NCBI GenBank assembly: GCA_050250255.1
Contig: JBFWOZ010000016.1
Coordinates: 1-57,201, forward strand
DNA length: 57,201 nucleotides
Direction of reading: 5' to 3'
DNA from: Bdellovibrionales bacterium
GTDB lineage: Bacteria > Bdellovibrionota > Bdellovibrionia > Bdellovibrionales > DASUEL01
Positions 36,514 through 45,986 of the stretch are shown piece by piece; the first letter of the stretch is position 1; every line of letters starts with the position of its first letter. The notes under the pieces are model-generated. The model ran no database searches, was not told the origin of the DNA, and saw only the letters and a list, made by a program, of their open reading frames with translations. Both the position numbers and the translations under genes were made by a program.

Positions 36514-38358
36514 CTAAGTCGAAGCAGGACCTATTCGTGGCAAAGAAATCTTCACCGTGTTCTGGCTCTTTAGATCGGTAATAAAATCCACCCTACCACC
36601 TAGGTCGGTAAGAATTTGCTCGGCAATGGTCTGGCGAAAAATTTGGGTGAGGCCACGAGCCTCGGGATCGCCGTCGGACGTGAGTTTGAGCACGATCATT
36701 TTTTCCGTTTTTTCTGCTCGAATTTGTATCTCAGGATTTTTAGAGGGATCTTTTTCAAGTTGTTGCGAGAGAGTTTCGAAAGTCATTTGTAAAAGCGTCA
36801 TGATAGATTGTGCGAGTAAACCAAAGGCGCCCGGAACATAAAATTTTTCGTTAGGTATTTTTGCAGAAATTTTTATGGCTGAAGATTTCCACTGAAGTTC
36901 CACAATTTGCAACGCCTGTTTAATGACCGCAATAAAATCAGACTTCTCCTGTCTGGAGTCATGGGATTGTCTGGAGAAACTTAAAAGATTTTCGATAATG
37001 GTTTTGCACTTCAATGCCGCTCTTTCCATTTCTAAAATATCTTGAGCATAGGATTCGTTTCCATGTAGGTCCGACTTGATCAGTTGGAGGAAAGTCAAAA
37101 TCCCAGCGAGGGGATTATTGATCTCGTGGGCGATGCTTCCGCCAATGGTGCCGAGCTCGGCCATTTTGGCGGTTTCCATAAGTTTATGCTCAAGGTGAAG
37201 CTGACTTGAGATGTCGCGGTAGAAATTCACGTATATTTTTTCTTCTTTGTTTTCCGTGAGCGGCGTGCTTTGCACTTGAACAATGGGAGGAGAAGAATGT
37301 GAAGAACTTTCGCCACGAAGTTGAAAACTTTGACCTAACACGCAATTTTCGCAAGGCACGTTACGATTAAAAAGAACTTTGTAACACTTTTCTCCACGAG
37401 AATAAGTGCCTTGAGCTTGGTTGGTATAAGACTGGTTCACACGGTGAAGATTGTACTCCTGATCCACGAGCGAGACGGGGACAGTGATCGCATTGAAAGT
37501 GGCTTCCCACTGCTGTTCGATCTCTTCGATCTGCCTTAAGGTTACCAAACGATCAATAGAAAGTGAAACCGACTCCGCCACCTGTTCTAAGAATTGACGT
37601 TCACTTTTTAAATATTTTTGCTGAGGACCACGGCCAAAAATAATATGCCCAAGAGGTATGGAATCTCTCTGCAGTTTGATCGAGTAGATAGAAAAATTTT
37701 GCTTACTTCTCTCTGTCAAAGCATCGAAAGCGTTTTGCCCTGTGGGGTTGATGCGTACCCATTTTAAATGAAGGGAAGGAGCCAACGCATCAGTCACCAG
37801 TCTTTCCATTTCGCCAATACTCGTGGATCGGTGAATGGCGACCAGCGCTCGATGCAGAGATTCAGTTTTTTTATTCGTTTCTACTAAATTGCGGTGAGCC
37901 TTACGCAATTGGTTTTCACGGGTTTGTACGCGATCCTCTAGGATTAACCGAAGTGCATTGAGGCTTTCATTTTGCTGCCAAATCATCTTCATGAGTTGCT
38001 GGTTTTGGTGAAGCAATTGGGCCTCTTCGAGAGCAAGCTGAACGGCATAGCTCAGTTGAGGTTCAGCATGATCTTCGAGAATTTTATAAACAGGTACTTC
38101 TAAAAGTTGCGTAAAGAGTTGCGGAGAACGGCCATCGTGAATAAAAATAATTTGGCTTAAGGCGCAGGTGTTTTTGAGACGGATCAAAAGTTCTTCGGGA
38201 TTCTGAACGACAGGAGGAGTGACGTGAATCACGATCGTTAAATAGGCCCCGGGCAATGCGAGTTTCTCCAGTGCTTCAAGATCGGTGGCGCAGAAGTCGG
38301 CTCCAAACGAAACCGTTTCAGATTGTGGGTGACCAATGATAAGAACGCTCGACTTCAC
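36514..38358 (-). CDS. Sensor histidine kinase-like protein (GAF/PAS/HisKA) with degenerate ATPase domain
   Basis: Intact H-box SIAHEINNPLAGI, PAS-like WEATFNAIT and a C..C motif. N/G1/G2 boxes are not recognisable. Confidence 0.85.
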   Translation of the reverse strand: MKSSVLIIGHPQSETVSFGADFCATDLEALEKLALPGAYLTIVIHVTPPVVQNPEELLIRLKNTCALSQIIFIHDGRSPQLFTQLLEVPVYKILEDHAEPQLSYAVQLALEEAQLLHQNQQLMKMIWQQNESLNALRLILEDRVQTRENQLRKAHRNLVETNKKTESLHRALVAIHRSTSIGEMERLVTDALAPSLHLKWVRINPTGQNAFDALTERSKQNFSIYSIKLQRDSIPLGHIIFGRGPQQKYLKSERQFLEQVAESVSLSIDRLVTLRQIEEIEQQWEATFNAITVPVSLVDQEYNLHRVNQSYTNQAQGTYSRGEKCYKVLFNRNVPCENCVLGQSFQLRGESSSHSSPPIVQVQSTPLTENKEEKIYVNFYRDISSQLHLEHKLMETAKMAELGTIGGSIAHEINNPLAGILTFLQLIKSDLHGNESYAQDILEMERAALKCKTIIENLLSFSRQSHDSRQEKSDFIAVIKQALQIVELQWKSSAIKISAKIPNEKFYVPGAFGLLAQSIMTLLQMTFETLSQQLEKDPSKNPEIQIRAEKTEKMIVLKLTSDGDPEARGLTQIFRQTIAEQILTDLGGRVDFITDLKSQNTVKISLPRIGPAST

Positions 38359-38366
38359 GTAATGCT

Positions 38367-39104
38367 CTAAAGTTTAAGTGTTTGTGTCAGATCGCTAATT
38401 TTTTGTAGGTGATAATCCGGGTTTTCCGCAGGATTCCTGGGATGAAAATGTCGGTTGTGTTCGCGCTCTAGCAAAGCGGTGGCAAAACCCAAGATTTTTC
38501 CCTCAGAGATTTCTCGATCAATACGGTCACCCACACAGAGGACCTCATGAGGCAGGACGTTGGTCTGCTGTGCGATTTTTAAAAAAGCTGAGGTCTTCCT
38601 TTGTTTCTTAAACGTGTCGACGTAGAAGATGTGGTTAAAAAAATCTTTGATTTTTAAAAGTGTGACTTTTTGTTGCTGAGTCTCAGGCGTACCGGCGGTG
38701 ACGAGAAACAACAGGTGGTTGAATTTTAGTTCGGCGAGAGTTTGCTGGACTCCAGAGAAAGGAGCAATGTCTGACTCCACTTTGCGGGATTGAAAAGCGT
38801 GTCGACCAATTTCCATGACTTCTTCGCCAGATTTCCCGTTAGGGCGTACACCAAATTTTTGTACTAAATGAGCATAAGGATCTTTGCGCGGGTTGAGGAG
38901 ATAAGAGGCTTCGCGCTCACTCACGCACTCCTCAAGCGTGCATTGAAGACCGGCTTCCATCATTGCGGCACAGGCTTCGCGTGAAGCTTGTTGCGTGCAC
39001 TTTCCCCAAGTATCAAAGAGAGTGTCGTCCAAATCAAAAATGATCACTTTGTATTTTGCGATGCTGATGGGCTGAGGGGAGATGTTCATCATAGCGCCGG
39101 TCAT
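38367..39104 (-). CDS. HAD family hydrolase
   Basis: FDLDDTL motif I, VT motif II and VGDRIDRE motif IV. Confidence 0.9.
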   Translation of the reverse strand: MTGAMMNISPQPISIAKYKVIIFDLDDTLFDTWGKCTQQASREACAAMMEAGLQCTLEECVSEREASYLLNPRKDPYAHLVQKFGVRPNGKSGEEVMEIGRHAFQSRKVESDIAPFSGVQQTLAELKFNHLLFLVTAGTPETQQQKVTLLKIKDFFNHIFYVDTFKKQRKTSAFLKIAQQTNVLPHEVLCVGDRIDREISEGKILGFATALLEREHNRHFHPRNPAENPDYHLQKISDLTQTLKL

Positions 39105-39802
39105 AATACGCCGTTCTCAAAAAGCTCCTCAATACCTTTTTGAAAGAGAGAGGGAATTTTGGATCTCTCAATTTTTTCTTCGACCTCAATGCAAATCACC
39201 GGAACGTTACAGTTCTTCCAACCATACTCGCCAAGACTTCCTGGCGTGGGATAGCCGATGTCATGCATAAATTCGTAGCCGCTACTTTTTGCTAAATATT
39301 CAGCACAATTTTGTCCGCGTTCGCCGGTGAGAACGATGCAAGGTTTCCAAGAGTGGCAGTGAACGATGAGTTGAGGTTGAATCTCTTGGATCAATTTCAC
39401 GAGAGCCGCAACTTCCGGTTCACTTGCAGGTTTTGGTCCCGGATAGTAGCGAGGCGCCGTGTGATAACCCGTCCAATGGTTGTCTGGGAAATTGCGATTA
39501 AGATCTACGCCATGAGCATTCACCCGCTCATTGATCTTATGACCATCGGGATTAAGACAAGTGATGAGCGCCCAAGGATGTTGAGGTAGTTCTTGGTTCT
39601 GTAACTTTTGGTTCAGCCAATGAAGTGTGTCTTCGGCAAGCCAAACTCCTTCGGGCTCATCCCCGTGAGTGCCACCCATAAAAAGAATCGGTTTTTTGCC
39701 ACGCTTGAGTTCTTCATGAAACCTCGGCGACCAGTGAAGGGCAATGGGTGTTTCACCTGCGGACTTAGACCATGTGGGGTTGGTTTCAAACCTTATCTGC
39801 AT
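39101..39802 (-). CDS. mpaA: Murein peptide amidase A (M14 zinc carboxypeptidase)
   Basis: GGTHGDEPEG, NPDG, GVDLNRNFP, SEPE, HS, GYPTPGSLG and IE motifs. Confidence 0.8.
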   Translation of the reverse strand: MQIRFETNPTWSKSAGETPIALHWSPRFHEELKRGKKPILFMGGTHGDEPEGVWLAEDTLHWLNQKLQNQELPQHPWALITCLNPDGHKINERVNAHGVDLNRNFPDNHWTGYHTAPRYYPGPKPASEPEVAALVKLIQEIQPQLIVHCHSWKPCIVLTGERGQNCAEYLAKSSGYEFMHDIGYPTPGSLGEYGWKNCNVPVICIEVEEKIERSKIPSLFQKGIEELFENGVL

Positions 39803-39853
39803 CCCTTTATCCTAGAGCTTGCGACCTGATAAAATCAACGGTAGAACCAACAG

Positions 39854-41269
39854 ATGGCTCACGATAAATCAAAGACAGAAAAAACTCGCGAATTTACCTC
39901 CATTCTTTTAGCGGCTGGCAAGGGAACCCGTATGTATTCGGCGCTTCCAAAGGTCCTTCACCCGGTGGCGGGCCTACCCATGATACATCGAGTAATAAAA
40001 GCGGTGCGGGGAGCGGGGGCTACGGATCTTCGAGTCGTCGTAGGTTACGGTGAAAACTTGGTGCGCCAAGTGACTGAGCCAATGGGAGCTGTCTGTTATC
40101 GTCAAGACAATCAATTGGGCACGGCCGATGCAGTTCGCTCTGCTGATCCGGAAACTCTTGAAGGTCATGTCCTCATTCTGAATGGTGATCACCCGTTGAT
40201 TCGTCCCGAACACATTTTGGCGATTTATGAAGAGTATCTGGATCTGCAATGTGATTTTGTTGTGGTTTCCGCGAAGGTGAAAGAACCGGGGGAGCTCGGT
40301 CGAATCGTACGTCATAAGGGCGAACTCAAAGCGATCGTCGAAGCGCGTGATGCTTCGGCGGATACTTTGGCGATCGATGAAATCAACACTGCTATTTATT
40401 TTATGAAAGCGGATGTTCTTAAAAAGTTTTTACCGAAAATTAAAAATCAAAACTCCAAACAAGAATTTTACTTCACCGACATGGTTAGTCTCTGCCTCGA
40501 AGCAGGGTTGAAAGTGAAAGTGGTGGAGGGAGCTCAAGAGCTCGCGATGGGCGTGAATAACCAAAGGGAACTTGCGGCCGCAACAAAGCAGGTTTTCTTG
40601 AAGAGTGCCTACGATTTGATGGATAAGGGTGTCGTGATCGTAGATCCTGATAACACCTATATCGAAGAGTCCGTCACGGTCGGAGCTTCAACCGTGATTT
40701 ACCCTGGAGTGAGTCTTCGTGGAAAAACCAAAGTCGGGCAATTCTGCGTATTAGAAAACAATTCGATTTTGTCAGACGCTCAGCTAGAAGATTCCGTGCA
40801 GGTGAGGGCTCATTGTTATATTGAAAAAAGTTTGGTGAAAACTAAGGCGACGGTGGGCCCTTTTGCGCGTCTTCGTCCTGACACCCAGATCGGCGTCGAA
40901 GCTCATGTAGGGAACTTTGTAGAAATGAAGAAAGTGAATTTTGGTGATCGCTCAAAGGCGGGTCACCTCACTTACCTAGGTGATGCGGATGTCGGCAAAG
41001 ACACGAATATCGGTTGTGGAACAATTACTTGTAATTACGCGGCAGACAAAAAGAAATATAGAACCACCATTGGCGATCAGGTCTTTGTCGGAAGTGACAC
41101 ACAATTTGTGGCGCCGGTGACGATCGGTGATCACGCCATTATTGGTTCGGGCTCCACGATCACTAAGAACGTTCCCGCCAAAGCCTTAGCGGTTGCTCGA
41201 GGAAAACAAGTGGTGAAAGAGAACTATTCACCCAAGGCGCCTTCGACTTCGACCGAAAAAAAGAGTTGA
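39854..41269 (+). CDS. glmU: Bifunctional UDP-GlcNAc pyrophosphorylase/glucosamine-1-P acetyltransferase
   Basis: LAAGKGTRM.S.LPKVLH, QLGTADA, GPFARLRP, HLTYLGDA and hexapeptide repeats. Confidence 0.98.
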   Translation: MAHDKSKTEKTREFTSILLAAGKGTRMYSALPKVLHPVAGLPMIHRVIKAVRGAGATDLRVVVGYGENLVRQVTEPMGAVCYRQDNQLGTADAVRSADPETLEGHVLILNGDHPLIRPEHILAIYEEYLDLQCDFVVVSAKVKEPGELGRIVRHKGELKAIVEARDASADTLAIDEINTAIYFMKADVLKKFLPKIKNQNSKQEFYFTDMVSLCLEAGLKVKVVEGAQELAMGVNNQRELAAATKQVFLKSAYDLMDKGVVIVDPDNTYIEESVTVGASTVIYPGVSLRGKTKVGQFCVLENNSILSDAQLEDSVQVRAHCYIEKSLVKTKATVGPFARLRPDTQIGVEAHVGNFVEMKKVNFGDRSKAGHLTYLGDADVGKDTNIGCGTITCNYAADKKKYRTTIGDQVFVGSDTQFVAPVTIGDHAIIGSGSTITKNVPAKALAVARGKQVVKENYSPKAPSTSTEKKS

Positions 41270-41323
41270 TTCGACCTCTCTCGACTTCTATGTTGAGGGC
41301 CGGTTTAGCTGGAGAAGCTTTTT

Positions 41324-43174
41324 ATGTGCGGAATAGTTGGATATTACGGTCTTAAATCTCCAAAAGATGTCATCATCGACGGTTTGAAGCAGTTAGAGTA
41401 TCGCGGATACGATAGTGCGGGCGTTGCGATTTTGGATCACGGGCATTTCAAGCGTGTTCGTGCGCCTGGCAAACTCATCAACTTAGAAAAAAAGTTAGAA
41501 CATGAAACTTTCGACGGAGCTTTAGGAATTGGTCACACTCGTTGGGCCACTCACGGTGGGCCCACCGAAAGCAACGCTCATCCTCACACCGTAGATGGCG
41601 TCAGCATTGTTCACAACGGTATCATCGAAAACTATCAAGAAATCAAAGCGGAGCTCCGCACTCAAGGGGCGAAGATTGTTTCTGAAACCGATACTGAGTT
41701 GGTCGCGCATCTTCTCTCGCGCGCCGTAAAGAAAAATGGCGGCGATCTTTTAAAGGCTGCGAAGGAAGTGATTCCGGGTCTTACGGGCGCTTTTTCGATT
41801 TTGGCGGTGAGCGAACAAAATCCAACGCAAATGGTGGCTTTTAAAAATGGTCCTCCTCTCGTTGTTGGGGTTGGAAAAAACGAAGTCGTTGTAGCGAGCG
41901 ATGTTCAAGCGATCATCGCGCACACCAATCGTATTGCTTATTTGGAAGACGAAGAAATCGCTTTTGTCGATGGAATCAATTGCCAATTTTTCTCTTTAAG
42001 TGGCGAAGTCCTTAAAAAAGAATTAGTCACTGTCGAGTGGAATCAGGAAAAAGCAGAGAAGGCGGGTTATCCGCACTTTATGCTTAAAGAAATTTTTGAA
42101 CAACCTCGCGCCGTAGCGGCCGCAATTGAGCCGCACATTCGTTTGCAAGATCTCCACATTGATCTTGCGGGTGTTGAGTTTGGTGCGAGTAAAAAATCTG
42201 CAGCCGAAGTTTTTCAAAACGTCGAGCGTATTTTTATCGTTGCCTGTGGCACCAGTTATTACGCCGGAATGGTCGGTGAGTATCTTTTAGAATCCATGGC
42301 AGGAATTTCCGTGGAAGTCGATATCGCGAGCGAGTTTCGCTATCGCGAACCGGTATTGCCTCCGAATTCTCTCGTGATGGTGATTTCTCAAAGTGGGGAA
42401 ACGGCCGACACATTAGCCGCTCTTCGGCTGGCAAAAAAACAAGGTGCTTTAACTTTCTGTATTTGTAACGTTCCTCACTCAAGTATCGATCGTGAATCTG
42501 ATGCCCGCCTTTACATGCGTTCAGGTGTGGAAGTGGGAGTGGCGAGCACAAAAGCTTTTGTGAGCACGCTTTCGCTTTTAAATGTTCTGGCGATTTATGT
42601 AGGTTGTTTAAAAAAGAAAATTACTTCGGAGAACGAAAAGAAAGCGGTACGCTCTCTTCTCGATACTCCAAGCCACATGGAACATGTTTTGGCTTATGAC
42701 AAATTTTTTAAAAACGCGGCTCAGACTCTGAAGAACGCTAAAGGCTTTTTGTACATGGGCCGTGGTGTGAGTTACCCCATCGCTCTCGAAGGCGCTTTGA
42801 AATTAAAAGAACTCGCTTATATGCACGCCGAAGGTTACGCCGCAGGCGAAATGAAGCACGGACCAATCGCCCTCATTGATCCACGCATGATTGCGGTCGT
42901 AGTCGCACCCAAAGATCACGTCTACGAAAAAACGGTGAGTAATTTAGAAGAGGTACGCGCACGAGGGGCGCAGATTATTTCGATCAGTACGGGAAATAAC
43001 GAAAAGCTCGAATCTCTATCACAACATTATTTGAGTTTGCCAGAGGGTGAATGGAATCTAAATCCTCTGTTGAGTGTGATCCCACTTCAATTGTTATCTT
43101 ATCACGTGGCAGAGGCTTTGGGTTACGATGTCGACCAACCCCGCAACCTCGCCAAATCAGTCACAGTAGAATAA
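41324..43174 (+). CDS. glmS: Glutamine--fructose-6-phosphate aminotransferase
   Basis: MCGIVG, LEYRGYDSAG, GHTRWATHG, SQSGETADT and PRNLAKSVTVE motifs. Confidence 0.99.
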   Translation: MCGIVGYYGLKSPKDVIIDGLKQLEYRGYDSAGVAILDHGHFKRVRAPGKLINLEKKLEHETFDGALGIGHTRWATHGGPTESNAHPHTVDGVSIVHNGIIENYQEIKAELRTQGAKIVSETDTELVAHLLSRAVKKNGGDLLKAAKEVIPGLTGAFSILAVSEQNPTQMVAFKNGPPLVVGVGKNEVVVASDVQAIIAHTNRIAYLEDEEIAFVDGINCQFFSLSGEVLKKELVTVEWNQEKAEKAGYPHFMLKEIFEQPRAVAAAIEPHIRLQDLHIDLAGVEFGASKKSAAEVFQNVERIFIVACGTSYYAGMVGEYLLESMAGISVEVDIASEFRYREPVLPPNSLVMVISQSGETADTLAALRLAKKQGALTFCICNVPHSSIDRESDARLYMRSGVEVGVASTKAFVSTLSLLNVLAIYVGCLKKKITSENEKKAVRSLLDTPSHMEHVLAYDKFFKNAAQTLKNAKGFLYMGRGVSYPIALEGALKLKELAYMHAEGYAAGEMKHGPIALIDPRMIAVVVAPKDHVYEKTVSNLEEVRARGAQIISISTGNNEKLESLSQHYLSLPEGEWNLNPLLSVIPLQLLSYHVAEALGYDVDQPRNLAKSVTVE

Positions 43175-43178
43175 AAAA

Positions 43179-43586
43179 TTACTTTTTCAGCTCTGCTTTT
43201 ACGTTGTCGAAGTAACCACCATCACAAGAGTAATCATCTTCATAATTTAATCCCGTATCTGACTTCGTGATCATAAAAGATTGGTAGCATCCCGCATCCG
43301 CATCATCTAAGTACTTTAGTTTGAGCATCGTAGCAGAAATCTCGCCCACGGCCTGACCATTCAAATAAAGTTTTCCGTCATTGATCTCAAAAGTGTATGT
43401 ATTTCCGAACGCATTTTCTTCGATCTTAAGCAAAGTTGCTGTTTCGGTAACGTAGGCCTTTAATTCAAATTCAATTTTTTCTTCGTCATGATTTGTATAA
43501 ACACCAGGACCAATCCAATTCCCAGTAAAATCCGCCTGAGCACTCACAGAAACAAAAAGCAAAACTACAACTAACATTCTCAACAT
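43179..43586 (-). CDS. Secreted hypothetical acidic beta-protein
   Basis: Start moved to ATG 43586 (AAGGAAGG RBS). Signal peptide ends AQA-D, followed by DFTGNWIG. Confidence 0.72.
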   Translation of the reverse strand: MLRMLVVVLLFVSVSAQADFTGNWIGPGVYTNHDEEKIEFELKAYVTETATLLKIEENAFGNTYTFEINDGKLYLNGQAVGEISATMLKLKYLDDADAGCYQSFMITKSDTGLNYEDDYSCDGGYFDNVKAELKK

Positions 43587-43697
43587 AAAACCTTCCTTGT
43601 CTAAGTAGAAGCATATCTCAAGAGACACACCGTTTTCGTCCCACCCATTTCATGAGACCCGTGCAAAGATGTCAACGCCTTCAGACACCTTCGTATC

Positions 43698-43897
43698 ATA
43701 AGAATTTTTCCTTTGAGCTTGGAGATAGTCAGAGGCGGGCCCAAAAGAAATAATAAGAATGGGTCTCCGAGCGCGCGGCCATCCATGGCCTCGCCGACAG
43801 GCAAACCTTCCATGGGTCGGAGGCGCTCGGAGACCCATTCTTATTATTTCTTTTGGGCTCACATACATTTCAGAAAGCTCAAAGGAAAAATTCTTAT
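43698..43897. repeat. 200-bp long hairpin element (MITE-like or structured RNA)
   Basis: Nested perfect inverted repeats of 23 bp (43698-43720 / 43875-43897) and 36 bp (43739-43774 / 43823-43858) around a 48-nt structured apex. Confidence 0.85.
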
Positions 43898-45001
43898 TTA
43901 GAAACGAATGGAGAGTTTGCTGGTGTAGCGGCGGTCTTCGCGATAGGCTGTAGCGGTTCCGATTTCTTCGCCGTAAGTGGCCATTTGGATTTGGATGAGT
44001 CTCATGGAGAATTCGAAGCCTGCGGTCCAATATCTTTGGTTCATACCGCCTCGAAGAAAAATCATGTCACCTAAGTTCACTTCAACACCGCCGTGAAGAC
44101 GTCTCATGATGTCGGTCTCTTCACCCGCTGTAGTAACATCTCGGTAATCCACCGTGAAGACAGAGCGAACGTGGTTCGAGTGAATGGGAAATAGTGCAAC
44201 ACCGACATCGATTGTTTGTGGAGTGTCGTGAGGACGTCGGCCGTTTTTATAAAATAGGCCGCCATTCAAATCGTATCGGGTGTGGCCGATGTCATGAATG
44301 CTTGCCGCGATCGTTGGCAAAAAAGTCCACGGAGCGGCGAGAACAATTCCGCCGTCGCCGGCAATGCCTCCGCCTTCGCTGACGAGATCTCCAAGTGTGA
44401 GGCCGGTGGCACTTGGATCTAAATCACTTCGAGTGATGACGTGATTGATGTATCTTCCGGCCATACCAATTTTGAGGCGCCCATCGAAGAGACGTAAGCT
44501 GTAGCCGAGTACAAAACCTGTGTCGTAAGTGTAGTCGAGGAGGTAGCGAGGGGTTGCAGAAGTTGGAGTGGAGCTGACAAGCTCTGCGTTCCACTCTTGC
44601 TTATAGAAAACTCCGAAACCAAAATTCGAAATAACGAACGAAGGTAGAAGTTGTGCCTTTGCATGCCAGTGTTTATTGGGTTGCTGAGTGACTGCGGTGA
44701 GAAGGCCTTGCGGTTCCATCACGGATGATGGAGTATTGTTCCCGTAGATGGAAAGATTTTCGGAGCCGGCAGAGAGTTCGGGATCGGCGATGGTAAAAAT
44801 ATACCCACGAAGTTTTGCGAGAAGCGCGGGATTGGTGAGAAGTGCGGTTTCATCGTTAACTGCCGCTACACCAGCTCCGCCCATTCCGTTTTGTCTTACG
44901 CCCGTAAAAAATTCGTAGCGTTCTGTTGCGAAAATAGAAAAGCTTGTCAGGAGTACTGACAAGAAGCCGAGGATGTAGCTTACGCGCACACTTTTTCCCA
45001 T
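43898..45001 (-). CDS. Outer-membrane beta-barrel with N-terminal hatch (FadL/PorV/TraF-like), paralog A
   Basis: Signal peptide, VRQNGMGGAGVAAVNDETALLTNPALLA hatch motif, amphipathic strands and a C-terminal Phe (KLSIRF). Confidence 0.75.
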   Translation of the reverse strand: MGKSVRVSYILGFLSVLLTSFSIFATERYEFFTGVRQNGMGGAGVAAVNDETALLTNPALLAKLRGYIFTIADPELSAGSENLSIYGNNTPSSVMEPQGLLTAVTQQPNKHWHAKAQLLPSFVISNFGFGVFYKQEWNAELVSSTPTSATPRYLLDYTYDTGFVLGYSLRLFDGRLKIGMAGRYINHVITRSDLDPSATGLTLGDLVSEGGGIAGDGGIVLAAPWTFLPTIAASIHDIGHTRYDLNGGLFYKNGRRPHDTPQTIDVGVALFPIHSNHVRSVFTVDYRDVTTAGEETDIMRRLHGGVEVNLGDMIFLRGGMNQRYWTAGFEFSMRLIQIQMATYGEEIGTATAYREDRRYTSKLSIRF

Positions 45002-45247
45002 TATTCTTAGTATAGATTATCCCTCGAGACTGGGCGGCAAACTCGACAAAATCTTGGCCAAGGGACTAGGACAAAATTTCCTACCTTATAAAATCAAATG
45101 TTTTTATGAAAATGGTCCGTGGGCTTAAGGCTGTAATCGTGAAGTTTCACAGGCTTACGCTTTCTTGCCAACGGGCGATTAGATAGACTGAGAGAGAAGA
45201 AATTCGTCTGGATAGACGTGTGATTTTTATTTTAAGGGGAGGATCTT

Positions 45248-45934
45248 GTGAATAAGTTTTTTGCTATGTTGGCTGTTGTTAGTTTTATGGCTCTTGCTGG
45301 ATGTGAAGAGGCCAACGAAGATAAAATTGCGAGTGCTCAAGCGTGCTTAGACACGGCGACAAACGCTACCGTTTCGGTCTGTGAAGCGATGGTAGCGGGA
45401 GTGACAGGGGCGCGAGCCGCGGTGATTCGTTGTTCCGCCGCATTTATTTCTCAAAACTTTACGGCTTCGCGATTTGCGAATGCTTTTATTACTCTCAAGG
45501 AACAAACGTCAGGCCAGAACGCGACTCTCGGTATGATGTCCTACCTCGTGTTTAACTATGGAACGGACAATACAGATCGTTTAGCGCGAGTCAATGCGGC
45601 GGTCGCAGCTTGTGATGAAACAGGGCTACCTGGAATGAGAATGTTTGCGAACTTTGCGAAGGCTTCAACAGTGCTCGCATGTGGAATGCCAGGTTTGACG
45701 ATTGACCCGAGTAACCCACCTACTCCCGCAGAGTTACAAGCGAACCTTGCTACTTTTAACGGAAGCAATGCGGATTTAGGAACGTCTGTCCTTGCGGTGG
45801 CGGATTCTTACTGTGGAACTACTTCGTCCACAAGTAATGCCGCTTTTTGTACTCAGGTGAACGATGCGGCTGCAAGTGGTGATCCAGCTGCTGTGGGACA
45901 AAGAATTCGCGATTTACTTGCGGCCACACCATAA
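45248..45934 (+). CDS. Cys-rich helical lipoprotein
   Basis: GGAGG RBS, GTG start, lipobox LAGC and several additional Cys. Confidence 0.8.
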   Translation: MNKFFAMLAVVSFMALAGCEEANEDKIASAQACLDTATNATVSVCEAMVAGVTGARAAVIRCSAAFISQNFTASRFANAFITLKEQTSGQNATLGMMSYLVFNYGTDNTDRLARVNAAVAACDETGLPGMRMFANFAKASTVLACGMPGLTIDPSNPPTPAELQANLATFNGSNADLGTSVLAVADSYCGTTSSTSNAAFCTQVNDAAASGDPAAVGQRIRDLLAATP

Positions 45935-45986
45935 GTTTTTTGTTCTAAAGTTTTAGCTGGTCAGGGATGACTAGTGGGAGAACGAC

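Noticed and set aside
43175..43210. Possible Tn7 insertion at attTn7 downstream of glmS
   Set aside because: No tns genes or Tn7 ends. A small convergent secreted-protein gene follows immediately.
43698..43897. Long hairpin as retron msr-msd or group II intron fragment
   Set aside because: No reverse transcriptase in the window and no recognisable intron domain V.
43601..44074. Several short ORFs on both strands (43601-43813, 43650-44030, 43713-43901, 43759-43953, 43853-44074)
   Set aside because: They are translations of the long inverted repeat (the same peptides appear on both strands) or overlap the barrel gene, and have no RBS.
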